A stretch of 20,000 nucleotides of DNA from an uncultured virus (IMG/VR IMGVR_UViG_3300018878_000121). Its lineage: Duplodnaviria; Heunggongvirae; Uroviricota; Caudoviricetes. The notes under the pieces are model-generated. The model saw nothing but the letters and a program-made list of their open reading frames with translations, was not told where the DNA came from and ran no database searches. The DNA lies in IMG/VR virus record IMGVR_UViG_3300018878_000121, positions 106,354 through 126,353 of that record. One strand, 5' to 3'. Within the stretch, counting starts at the first letter, position 1. Every line of letters starts with the position of its first letter. This document shows positions 9,292 through 18,063 of this stretch, piece after piece. Position numbers and translations under genes: made by a program.

Positions 9292-10074
9292 TTATTTTTC
9301 TATTTGTTTCCAATAATAGCCTTTATATAAAGTTCCATTTTTAATCGCTTTATCTAATTGAGTGTGTCCTTTCATTCCTAAGAATTGTAAGACTGCGGTT
9401 TTAGCATTAAATATTTGAATTAAATTGTAATTTTCATCATACATTTCAATTCGTTTTCCATTTAATGCTTGATTACCACTTTTACCATACATACCATTTT
9501 TTTCGCCAGCGGTTTTACCTTTACTATTTACAGACATTTTCTACTTAGACTCTTCTGTATGTTTTTTACCATACATTCCATTATTAGAACCTTTTGTTTT
9601 TTCACTCATTTTTTGTTTAAACTCTTCAGTTCTATAAGGAGAGTTGTCTCTTTCAAATTCTGCCCAATAAGATAAAAATGCTTTAGTTTTTTCACTATGG
9701 TATTTTCCATACATTCCATTATTCTTACCACGATTTACTTCACTTAATTTTCGGCACAAAACTTCTTTTTCTTCTGGTGTATATCCTGCGGTAGTGTTTC
9801 CTCCACAACCGCCCTCATGAATATTATAAAACAATGGATTTGATGTGGCATTATATAAGGCAATAAATTGTTTTTCTTTTTCACTATTTTCTAAATCATT
9901 TTTAGAAACAAATAAAATGGACTTTGTAAAACAGTCTTTTCCATATTTGGCAATTTCTTTTTTCAATTCTTTTCCGCTGCCTAAATATGAATCATCTAAT
10001 TCTCCATAATGTTTTCCGATATATTTCATACCATTTATATTATTAGTAGTTAAATAAATATAATGTTGTTTCAT
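9292..10074 (-). CDS. Intron-encoded GIY-YIG homing endonuclease with NUMOD3 repeats and a C-terminal NUMOD1-like HTH, 260 aa; in-frame TAG at 9541-9543
   Basis: YIY...KYIG N-terminus and three G-x-N-G-M-Y-G-K repeats. Track ORFs 9541..10074 and 9292..9537 are in frame and join as KHTEESK(TAG)KMS. RBS is AAAGGGGG. Confidence 0.9.
9485..9723. repeat. Coding direct repeats underlying the NUMOD3 modules
   Basis: ccatacattccattatt occurs at 9569-9585 and 9707-9723, with a variant ccatacataccatt at 9485-9498. Confidence 0.7.
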
Positions 10075-10094
10075 TTAAACAACCCCCTTTCATA

Positions 10095-10138
10095 TATATT
10101 TAACTTTTAGAATTAGACAATGACCTGACTTTGTCCAA
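10095..10138 (-). promoter_or_regulatory. Putative phage-specific promoter motif, copy 3 (TTGGAC-N29-TTAAATATA), internal to the intron
   Basis: Directly upstream of the endonuclease RBS, with the same spacing as the nrdD copy. Confidence 0.5.
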
Positions 10139-10351
10139 GATTTTTAGCACGGTATTCCCAATCTAACCTTTTTTAGGTCATAGGGTCTCTTAGTCAGTTG
10201 ATTCGCATTTATATAACATAAATCTTATTTCGCTGATACCGTTAGCCTGCGGTTACTCGTCTCGCCGGTCGGATGACCGGGCCGCCGCAGACACCCATTA
10301 AGCAATGGTTAATGTTCTTTTTTTACAACTGCCCAATATCAATATTAGACT

Positions 10352-11722
10352 AGGCAGTTCGGCTCTCTCTTTATTTAAAAATCTCCAATAAGGGAGACCC
10401 CAACGAATTGGGTCAAGTTGAGTAATACCAAGCAAATAATTTGAAAGAAAACCGGTCGCAGAACCTCGTCCAGGTCCAACAATTGAACCGCATTCCCAAA
10501 ACAAATCAATATAATGTTTAAAAGTATTGAAATAAGCGAAAAGACAATCATCAAGTTTTTCTCCAATAAACTTAATTACATCTGCCTCAATTTCAATACG
10601 ATTAATATATTCTTCATTAAATAAATTTTTATTTATTAATTCTTGTAGACATTCATTAATCCAATATCTTTCTTGAGATTCATCAGATATTAAAAGTGAT
10701 TTAATAATCGGCCAATTAGTATCTAATTCATCTTTTAATGAATTATTAATACCAAAATAAGATAAAGTTTTAGGATAATCTTTTACTTTTACTTTTGGAA
10801 TAATTTGTTTTCTTTCAATTGAATAAAATTCAATTTTATTTTTTATTTCATTTGTATTATTTAAAATCCATTCTGAAATATCATCATCTTGATAAGCATA
10901 TGTTAATAATTCTTTAGCTTCATTATAATCCATTAAACGAGCAAATTCATAAAATGAATCAACTTCTCGTTCTCCACCTTTAGAATTTAAATAAGCTTTA
11001 TGAACCCATCTATCTTGACTTGTATAATAATGAGCATCAGTTCCTGCGACTAATTTAATTCCAAAAGATTGAGAAATAGAGTATAATTTTTTATTAACCA
11101 ATACTTGGTCTTTTGTAGTTGCTGGGGCGCATTCTAAATAGAAATCATCACCAAATAATTCAAGACAATAATTAATAAAATCAATTATTTTTGAATAATA
11201 TACTTTCATTGTTTCCATGTCTTGAACTTCTTCAGCTAAACAAAATTGTAATAAATTTGATGATAATTCTCCACCAAGACAAGCTGTTGTAGCTATTAAA
11301 TGTCCTTTATATTTATTAACAATAGTTGATAATTCTTTTTTTAAAACTGGAACTCTTTCCATTTTTCTATCAACATATAAATTATACCAAGCTATTGAAC
11401 TTAATTCTTTTAATGCCATATAACCAATTTTATCTTTGGCAATTAAAATAAAGTGATAATATTTTTGACCACTACTTCTATCATCTGTTAAATAAATTTC
11501 ATTACCAAGTGCAATTGTAAAATCTGGATTTGTCTCTCTCAATTTCTTAGCATATTGATTTACTTCCATGTGCGCAGATAAACATTCATGGTCTGTAATT
11601 GCTATACCGTTTAAACCCAATTCAATTGCTTTATCAATTAAATCTTTAGGTCTATTTATACAATCAAGTAAGCGAATATTTGAATACATTGTATGATTAT
11701 GACAATTAAAATAACTGTTCAT
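10352..11722 (-). CDS. dnaE: DNA polymerase III alpha (family C), exon 1 (PHP domain and start of the palm)
   Basis: PHP motifs HNHTMYS, ITDHE and TDAHY, then GPGRGSA...LLGITQLDP...RFLNKER. The last 17 codons of the track ORF are intron sequence. Confidence 0.93.
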
Positions 11723-11759
11723 ATATATTCACTCTCCATTTTTATTTTTTCATATAAAT

Positions 11760-11788
11760 ATTATACCATATTTTATATGAAAAATCAA
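11760..11788 (-). promoter_or_regulatory. sigma70/sigmaA-type promoter upstream of dnaE
   Basis: TTGATT, 17 nt, TATAAT with an extended TG. Shares AAAATATGRTATAAT with the promoters at 2416 and 13805. Confidence 0.75.
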
Positions 11789-11979
11789 GTTGTATATTCT
11801 TGAAGTACAGAAGCTAATGTACGCCTAAAATCTTCATTTCTTTGAACTCGTAATTTTAAATCATCCATTTCAGCTTTTTCTTTATCTAATTGTTTTGCCA
11901 TAGCTAATAATGAATGAGCGGCTGCTTCTAAATCGCGAGCAGCTTGTGTTAAGTTTTTTGAAGTTTCGTTTTCATCCAT
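11785..11979 (-). CDS. Small coiled-coil hypothetical protein
   Basis: 64-aa ORF with an AAGGAG RBS and heptad-like pattern. Confidence 0.7.
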   Translation of the reverse strand: MDENETSKNLTQAARDLEAAAHSLLAMAKQLDKEKAEMDDLKLRVQRNEDFRRTLASVLQEYTT

Positions 11980-11982
11980 AGA

Positions 11983-13173
11983 TTAACTACTCCTTATTAA
12001 TACTAATTTATCTTTAGCTCTTGTGATTGCTGTATATAACCATTTTTGATGTTCTTCTTTATTGAATGGAAATCTTTCTTCAAATACTAAAACTTTATTC
12101 CATTCACTACCTTGTGCTTTATGACAGGTAATAGCATAAGCATATGCAAAATCATATGGTGGCTCTAAATCACAATTTTTATTTTTTTTCATTTTATATA
12201 TTTCAATTGGAGTTAATGTTGAAGTATTATTAACTAAATAATTATAATCAATTGGAATATTCATAAAAGTATCATCTTCAAAATCCATATGAGTCATCAT
12301 ATATTCAATTGGTGCCGTTCTAATATATCTAAATGTATATTTATTTTGTTTAAAAAAAGAATCTATTGTTCCAATAGAGCCATTTGTGAGTGGCCAATTT
12401 CCATTAGCAGAATAGAATTCCCAATGATTAGATAGACTGATAATCTTATCTCCGACACATGGCTCTGGGCCATATCCCTTTTTTTCTCTAATAAAATTAT
12501 TTATGTAATTTCTTGTATCATTAGTGGCGCAAAGAATTTGGTCTGCCCAATCATACATTCCAGTACAAATTTCGTTTTTAGAAAATAATTTTACTTGTTC
12601 TCCTAATGCTTGAAAGCTACTTAAAGGCTTACCCTCTCTTACATGCATTGATAGTCTAATAATTTCACTATCTTGCGCTTGCCGCATAATTTCATCAAGA
12701 AAAATATGCGGATTATCTAATACATGATTATTGTCTTCTGGATTTACAGGTGGTAACTGGCCGGGGTCGCCGCAAGCTAATACATATATTTTATGACTTA
12801 ATAACAAATCCCACATAGGCTTAGGTAACATAGATACTTCATCAACAACAATTACTTTATAAGCATCTTCTAAGTTTTTCCGTGGTTCATGAATAAACTT
12901 TCCACTTGGTAATTGTTTAGAATAATAAAGTAATTTATGCGCAGTAGTAGCATTATAGCATCCTTTTTGTTTAAGAACAGTAGCTGCTTTACCAGTAAAA
13001 GCTATATAACAAACTTCAGTTACTGGGTCTACTGGTAAAGCTGAAATAATATATTTAATTAAAGTACTTTTACCACTACCAGCATATCCTGAAATTATAG
13101 TATATGGTTCTTTATCAAAATATCTTTTAATAGAAATAGTTAAACCTTCTGTTTGTTTATTTGTTAATATCAT
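11983..13173 (-). CDS. SF1B (Dda/RecD-like) DNA helicase
   Basis: GYAGSGKS, DEVSM, GDPGQLPPV, MRQ, YAITCHKAQGSE and YTAITRA. Confidence 0.92.
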   Translation of the reverse strand: MILTNKQTEGLTISIKRYFDKEPYTIISGYAGSGKSTLIKYIISALPVDPVTEVCYIAFTGKAATVLKQKGCYNATTAHKLLYYSKQLPSGKFIHEPRKNLEDAYKVIVVDEVSMLPKPMWDLLLSHKIYVLACGDPGQLPPVNPEDNNHVLDNPHIFLDEIMRQAQDSEIIRLSMHVREGKPLSSFQALGEQVKLFSKNEICTGMYDWADQILCATNDTRNYINNFIREKKGYGPEPCVGDKIISLSNHWEFYSANGNWPLTNGSIGTIDSFFKQNKYTFRYIRTAPIEYMMTHMDFEDDTFMNIPIDYNYLVNNTSTLTPIEIYKMKKNKNCDLEPPYDFAYAYAITCHKAQGSEWNKVLVFEERFPFNKEEHQKWLYTAITRAKDKLVLIRSS

Positions 13174-13175
13174 TT

Positions 13176-13409
13176 TTAATCCTCTTTATTATTTACATGA
13201 GCATGTACTAATTGTTCTAAACAATTATAAAAGTGCATTTTTTGAGTTTCTGCTTGATTATGTTCTTGTTCATAATCATGACTACGCTCTGCTTTTAATC
13301 TAGCAACTTCGTCACAGAGAATAGCATATCTAAAATAAATGCTATCAAAACCAAAATCTAATCTATCTTTATATAAATTTTCTAATGCTTTTTCCTCTAT
13401 TGTAATCAT
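13176..13409 (-). CDS. Hypothetical protein, 77 aa
   Basis: AAGGAG RBS and ATGA overlap with the upstream gene. Confidence 0.7.
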   Translation of the reverse strand: MITIEEKALENLYKDRLDFGFDSIYFRYAILCDEVARLKAERSHDYEQEHNQAETQKMHFYNCLEQLVHAHVNNKED

Positions 13410-13765
13410 AAGTTAAACTCCTTTATAAAATTTTCGTACCATTTATCAATTTGCTCAAAAATTTCTAAATCACTTTTTTCTTTTGGTTTCTCGGTCTCAG
13501 CTTCCAACACCGGCCGGAGCAATTTTTCCTCCATTAAATAGACAGTATTCATTATATGGTCATATGTAAGCAATTTATTTTCAGTATCATTAATCCTAGC
13601 ATCTAAATTTCTCACCTAATCTTCTATTGTGTCTATACGACCGTAACGACCAAGTGCTTTAACTATATCTGTAACTTCATATAATGAAATTCTATATTTA
13701 TCTTCAAATTGATTTTCAAACCATGTGAAATTATCTTCACCAAGCTTTATTTGAGTTTGTATCAT
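13406..13765 (-). CDS. Hypothetical protein, 119 aa; in-frame TAG at 13616-13618
   Basis: GAGGGG RBS and ATG at 13765. MIQTQIKLG...IDTIED(TAG)VRNLDARIN continues into track ORF 13406..13615. Confidence 0.75.
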
Positions 13766-13804
13766 AAATATATTTACCCCTCACTTATTATTATTTCTAT
13801 ATAT

Positions 13805-13833
13805 ATTATATCATATTTTTTTATAAAAATCAA
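13805..13833 (-). promoter_or_regulatory. sigma70/sigmaA-type promoter
   Basis: TTGATT, 17 nt, TATAAT with an extended TG. Confidence 0.75.
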
Positions 13834-13858
13834 AAAGGGAAGATTTTATTCTTCCCTT
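13832..13858 (-). terminator. Rho-independent terminator after the lysozyme-like gene
   Basis: Hairpin AAGGGAAGA-ATAAAA-TCTTCCCTT ending in a U tract. It overlaps the stop codon and abuts the next -35 box. Confidence 0.65.
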
Positions 13859-14676
13859 ACAAAATATTCATATGCTTTTAAAGCATTTGTTTTTCTTACA
13901 GAATAATAAGCAGAATTGCAACGTTCATAACTTTTAGCAAAAGCTAGTGCTACTTCTTGAGCATCTTGTAATGCTAAAAACTTTTCATATGAAAAATCTT
14001 TTTGATAAGCGCGCCCAAAAGTATTAATTTCATATTCAATAGTATCTCTTAAAAAATCACATTGCTCTTGTAAACTTCCACCCACAATAGAACTATAATA
14101 TGTGGTATTCCATTGGCACATTCCATAATGAACTTTGCCACCATATAGCCAATATTGAATATCTAAAGTATTACCTCCAACTTCAGCCATTATATTTCCT
14201 AAAATACCAGCAATTACATAATTATTATATCCTAAATTTTTTAAATATAACCAAATTTCTGTTGCTACTGGATAATCTGTTTTTCTTTCTAACCAGAAAT
14301 TATAATCATTTGTATATTTAGTATATAATTCATGTGCTTCTTCCCATTCTCTTTTGGCTAATTGAATAATTAAATGATTATCTTCATATCTAAGAGCCCG
14401 AGCCATTTCTGCCATTTGATGAGCAATTTCTTTTTTATCCTGATAGTAAGAAATTTTTGTTGTTAAAATTTCTAAATCATCGGTTTCAATATATTCATGT
14501 GGAATAGTTTTTTCTGTTGAATATACTGGTTCACATTCTTCAGCCGGTACATCAGCTACACAAGTTGAAACTGGTGATAATATAATTGGTTCATCAGCTT
14601 TAATTAAAGTAGTATTTGGATTTATGTGAAAGAAAATAGATAAAGTTAAAGTGAATACAATAATATATTTTTTCAT
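13846..14676 (-). CDS. Secreted or membrane-anchored phage-tail-lysozyme-like (Phage_lysozyme2) protein, 276 aa
   Basis: AGGAG RBS before MKKYIIVFTLTLSIFF (signal-peptide-like). C-terminal IWLYLKNLGYNNYVIAGILGNIMAEVG...YGMCQWN...FAKSYER matches this family's pattern. Confidence 0.75.
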   Translation of the reverse strand: MKKYIIVFTLTLSIFFHINPNTTLIKADEPIILSPVSTCVADVPAEECEPVYSTEKTIPHEYIETDDLEILTTKISYYQDKKEIAHQMAEMARALRYEDNHLIIQLAKREWEEAHELYTKYTNDYNFWLERKTDYPVATEIWLYLKNLGYNNYVIAGILGNIMAEVGGNTLDIQYWLYGGKVHYGMCQWNTTYYSSIVGGSLQEQCDFLRDTIEYEINTFGRAYQKDFSYEKFLALQDAQEVALAFAKSYERCNSAYYSVRKTNALKAYEYFVREE

Positions 14677-14714
14677 AATTTTTCTCCTAATATTTCTATT
14701 AGGTCTATCGTGTT

Positions 14715-16460
14715 TTAAAAATAGTATGTTTGTTTTCCTGTAATTTCGTAATCTTCTATAATAATTTGCGGACTTACAATACCATTCCAAATATTTCGCT
14801 CGCATTTGCCAACGATATTAATTGTTACACAACCTAAATTAGAATATAAAGATTCATATTCTTCTTTAGACGACCTGAATTTAATTAAACTCATCCCATT
14901 TGGAAGTGTAATCTTTAGAGTAGGATTTTTATCTTCAGACATTAACTTTAAATTTTCATTATTAATTTTAATATTTTCAATCGCAATTAATGGTTCTTCT
15001 ACTCCTTGACCCCAAATTGTTTTTAAGTTGGCTAATTCTAAAACATCATTAACATTCATGTCATTATGATTAAAAATATAATCAACTTTATAACTAGGGA
15101 TAAACTCAAAATCCTTTAAATTATCATTAGCATATTCAATAAACTTATCAATTCTATCATTTGTAAAAGCGCATCCAAAGGCTTGAGCATGACCTTCCGC
15201 AAATTCGTCAAGATGGCTTGATATAATAAATTCTCTAAAATTATCAAATTTAGAATTACTTAAACCTCTACCAGAACCTTCCCAAGAATTATCATCTTGT
15301 TCATTTAAAAGTAATACTGGCTTTTGATATTTAGACATTAATTGATTTGCGATTAAGCCTGTTAAATTCTTATCAATAGAATATTTTTTTGGTAATTGAA
15401 TTACTAAAATTTTATTTTTTAAAAGATTTTGTTCTTGAATGAGATTTTCAATTATTTCCAAGCTCGTGTCTCTTGCTTTAGTTTGTCTATTTTTAATATT
15501 AGAGCAATTACGACAAGCTTGTTCTACCCTTGTCTCTGTTTGACCTTGACATCCACGCTTAGTTGAAGAAATCATTTTATAACCTAAATGGTCTAACATA
15601 GATTCAAATAGAATTAGCTTTTCATTTTGCGTGCCAACCCGAATGGTTGCGTTGACATAAGGAGCAATATAAAAAGCTATACCGAATGGTGTTAACTCAC
15701 CTTTTAATGAAAAGGCTTGTTTATCTACCATTCCTTTAAAAAATGGATTACGAACTTGTTTAATACCACATCTAATTAAATGTGTAGTTTCAAAATCTCG
15801 TAAATCCATCATATCTGCTACCATACCAAGAGCAACTAAATCAAGAAATTGATTAGCATAATCTACATCTAAAAGTTCATCAATATATGAACAAAATTTA
15901 TAAACCATACCAACACCAGACAGTGATTTTGTAGGATAATCACATAGTTGATTATTAATTACGCAGGCATCTTCACATTCATATTCAGCTTCATGATGGT
16001 CAATAACTAATACATCTATATTTTTAGATTTTAATTCTTTACATTCATCATAGCTATTGGAACTAGAATCTGGAGCAATAACTAATTTAATGTTATTAGT
16101 AATAGTTTCTGGAATTATACCATGCTGTTTTCCAGTATGTAATCTATAGTAGATATGATTTGACACAAAAGATGGAAATAAACAATTTAAATAGTTTATA
16201 AGAGCGGCAGCGCTTGTGAAGCCATCAGCATCACTATCTACTTGAATCATTATATCATCATTTTGTGCTATATGTTTAATAAGCATTTTAGCTCCATTAT
16301 TAATATTTTTAATTAAAGAAGGAGATAAAATGTCATTATCAGTTGTATTGAGGTAATGCTATACCTCTGCCAGAGGAATTCCTCTATTTGTTAATACTCT
16401 CTATACCGCAGTTAATTTTATTTTTTGTGGAATAGATGAATCTATAAGCTTATATTCCAT
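14715..16460 (-). CDS. recJ: RecJ-like DHH-family ssDNA exonuclease, 581 aa; in-frame TAGs at 16401 and 16359
   Basis: DSDADG, DHH, GMVADMM, GSGR and GHAQAFG motifs. The N-terminal RVLTNRGI motif and an AGGAG RBS lie upstream of the track start and are reached only through the two TAGs. Confidence 0.88.
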
Positions 16461-16476
16461 ATTTATCACTCCTATT

Positions 16477-16779
16477 TTAATAGAAATTATAAGCAGTAAA
16501 AGGAGGAGCGCTTGTACTAGGTCTAATGATATTATGTCTTATTTCTACTGGAATATTATTATCTATATAAGATATATTACATTTAACGCCACGACTTAAT
16601 TCAGTAGCTTTTTTTACCATCCAGTAATCGCCATTAGTAAAATGTACTTCATATTTATATTTATTACATTGTACATCTTCAATAATATTTTCACCATAAT
16701 ATCGTACATAACTGTCTATAATTTCAGTTAATTTATTACAAGCATATTCAAATGTATTTCCCCAAACTATACCTTTCAT
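16477..16779 (-). CDS. Hypothetical protein, 100 aa
   Basis: AGGAG RBS and ATGA overlap with the primase stop. Confidence 0.75.
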   Translation of the reverse strand: MKGIVWGNTFEYACNKLTEIIDSYVRYYGENIIEDVQCNKYKYEVHFTNGDYWMVKKATELSRGVKCNISYIDNNIPVEIRHNIIRPSTSAPPFTAYNFY

Positions 16780-17876
16780 AAAATTATTCTCTCCTTAAAC
16801 AATTGTAAAAATTTATCCATTCCTTCATCTATTGGACTTGCTTTATAATTAGTTATCATATTTTTATCAAAAATAAATGAAATATTTACAAAATTCTTAT
16901 ATTTAGAATATAATTGTAATAAATTCTTTTTTAAGTGTTTAAATTCATCATCGCCTATTTGTTGAAATTGTCTGTCAAAAGCAACAATAATTTCTTGCAC
17001 TCCCATTTCTATTAATAATTGAATTTGATAAGATGAAATACTACTACCACAACAAGAAACACTAATATCATTTTCTTCACCGAAATAAGAACGATATAAA
17101 AGATTAGATTTTTCGCCTTCAAACACAATAGCTTTTTTCATAATTTTAATATTATCTTTACTGTGATTTAAATTGTATAAATTCATTCCAAGAGGATGAT
17201 TATATAACTGTTTATTAACTTTAATTGGCCTATATTTTCCATATCGTTCAGCATCATCGGCGCAAAGTGTGCGGCCGCGCAGCCCCACGAATCTATTATC
17301 TTTATCAAAATGAGGAATCGTGATTTGGTCGCCTCCTGGATAATAACCAATACGAGCATTTTTCATTGTCTCTAAACTAATTCCTTCTTTAATCCAAGGA
17401 CTAATTATTACATTATAATTAAATCTATCAAGAATATTATTATCATATTCTTTTAAAATAATATTATTAGTTTTTAATTCAATTTCTTGAATTCGTTCAT
17501 AATTAGAAAAATATTTCCAATCTTCTAAATCAGATTGATTATCTTCTTCTATAGAACCAGAAATACCAAATTTTTGAGCAATCCAACGAATAGCATCATT
17601 TAAATCAAATACTTGATTATGTTGAATTTTCATAATTTTTATAACTAATTCAAAAATATCAAAATAAGCATCACAACCAGTATAACATTTAAATAAATTA
17701 CTATTTTCATAATAATATAATTTTCTACTTCCTTCTCCGGGGTAATTATGGCAAATGGTGGAGGATAAAATGCCAAAATTTGAATATTCTGGTTCTCCTC
17801 CCCATTCTTGTAATAAATCATATATATTATGAATTGTTAAATTATCTCTAATTTCATTCTTATCAAATACTATCAT
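16776..17876 (-). CDS. DNA primase (Zn-binding domain plus Toprim)
   Basis: CHN...CYTGC Zn motif, ITIPH...GLRGR, VFEGEK and IIVAFD. Located next to the helicase. Confidence 0.85.
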   Translation of the reverse strand: MIVFDKNEIRDNLTIHNIYDLLQEWGGEPEYSNFGILSSTICHNYPGEGSRKLYYYENSNLFKCYTGCDAYFDIFELVIKIMKIQHNQVFDLNDAIRWIAQKFGISGSIEEDNQSDLEDWKYFSNYERIQEIELKTNNIILKEYDNNILDRFNYNVIISPWIKEGISLETMKNARIGYYPGGDQITIPHFDKDNRFVGLRGRTLCADDAERYGKYRPIKVNKQLYNHPLGMNLYNLNHSKDNIKIMKKAIVFEGEKSNLLYRSYFGEENDISVSCCGSSISSYQIQLLIEMGVQEIIVAFDRQFQQIGDDEFKHLKKNLLQLYSKYKNFVNISFIFDKNMITNYKASPIDEGMDKFLQLFKERIIL

Positions 17877-18049
17877 TAAAAAGTTAATACGCGGGTAACA
17901 GGTCTAAGAAGACCATATTGCTCATTGACTACCTTACAAAGATATTCATTAGGACGCATTTTCTTATCAAGCCCATCACGACTTCTTAAAAGTTCCTTAG
18001 CTAATTCTTCAGGCATCTTATACTCAAAATAAGCATTCTTGTTTTCCAT
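17876..18049 (-). CDS. Hypothetical protein, 57 aa (not in the ORF track)
   Basis: GAGG RBS, MENKNAYFEYKMPEELAKELL...VTRVLTF. Its TAA overlaps the primase ATG (TAATG). Confidence 0.75.
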   Translation of the reverse strand: MENKNAYFEYKMPEELAKELLRSRDGLDKKMRPNEYLCKVVNEQYGLLRPVTRVLTF

Positions 18050-18063
18050 AATTATTACCTCTC

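Larger units (their letters stand above)
9170..10351 (-). mobile_element. Group I self-splicing intron (IA-like), 1182 nt, in dnaE
   Basis: The 5' exon ends in U (CUGCCU) and pairs with GGGCAG (P1, with the U-G pair). The intron ends in G (9170). P3 AGAACAU/AUGUUCU, P4 CGGUAU/AUACCG, P6a AAUCUU/AAGAUU, P7 GACUA/UAGUC (R=GUAGAGACUA, S=AAAAUAUAGUCC), P8 UAAUGACU/AGUCAUUA. Splicing restores ERAELP|DIDID in frame. Confidence 0.92.

Noticed and set aside
9292..9537. Separate 81-aa gene
   Set aside because: It is in frame with the upstream GIY-YIG ORF across a single TAG and has no RBS of its own.
9170..10351. Intein or naturally split two-gene dnaE
   Set aside because: The insert has in-frame stops and non-coding structured flanks, with no intein C/S...HN termini. 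Group I core helices and splice signals are present.
14677..14805. Longer N-terminus of the lysozyme-like ORF, as given in the track
   Set aside because: It overlaps recJ by about 90 nt. The AGGAG RBS and signal-peptide-like start fit the ATG at 14676.
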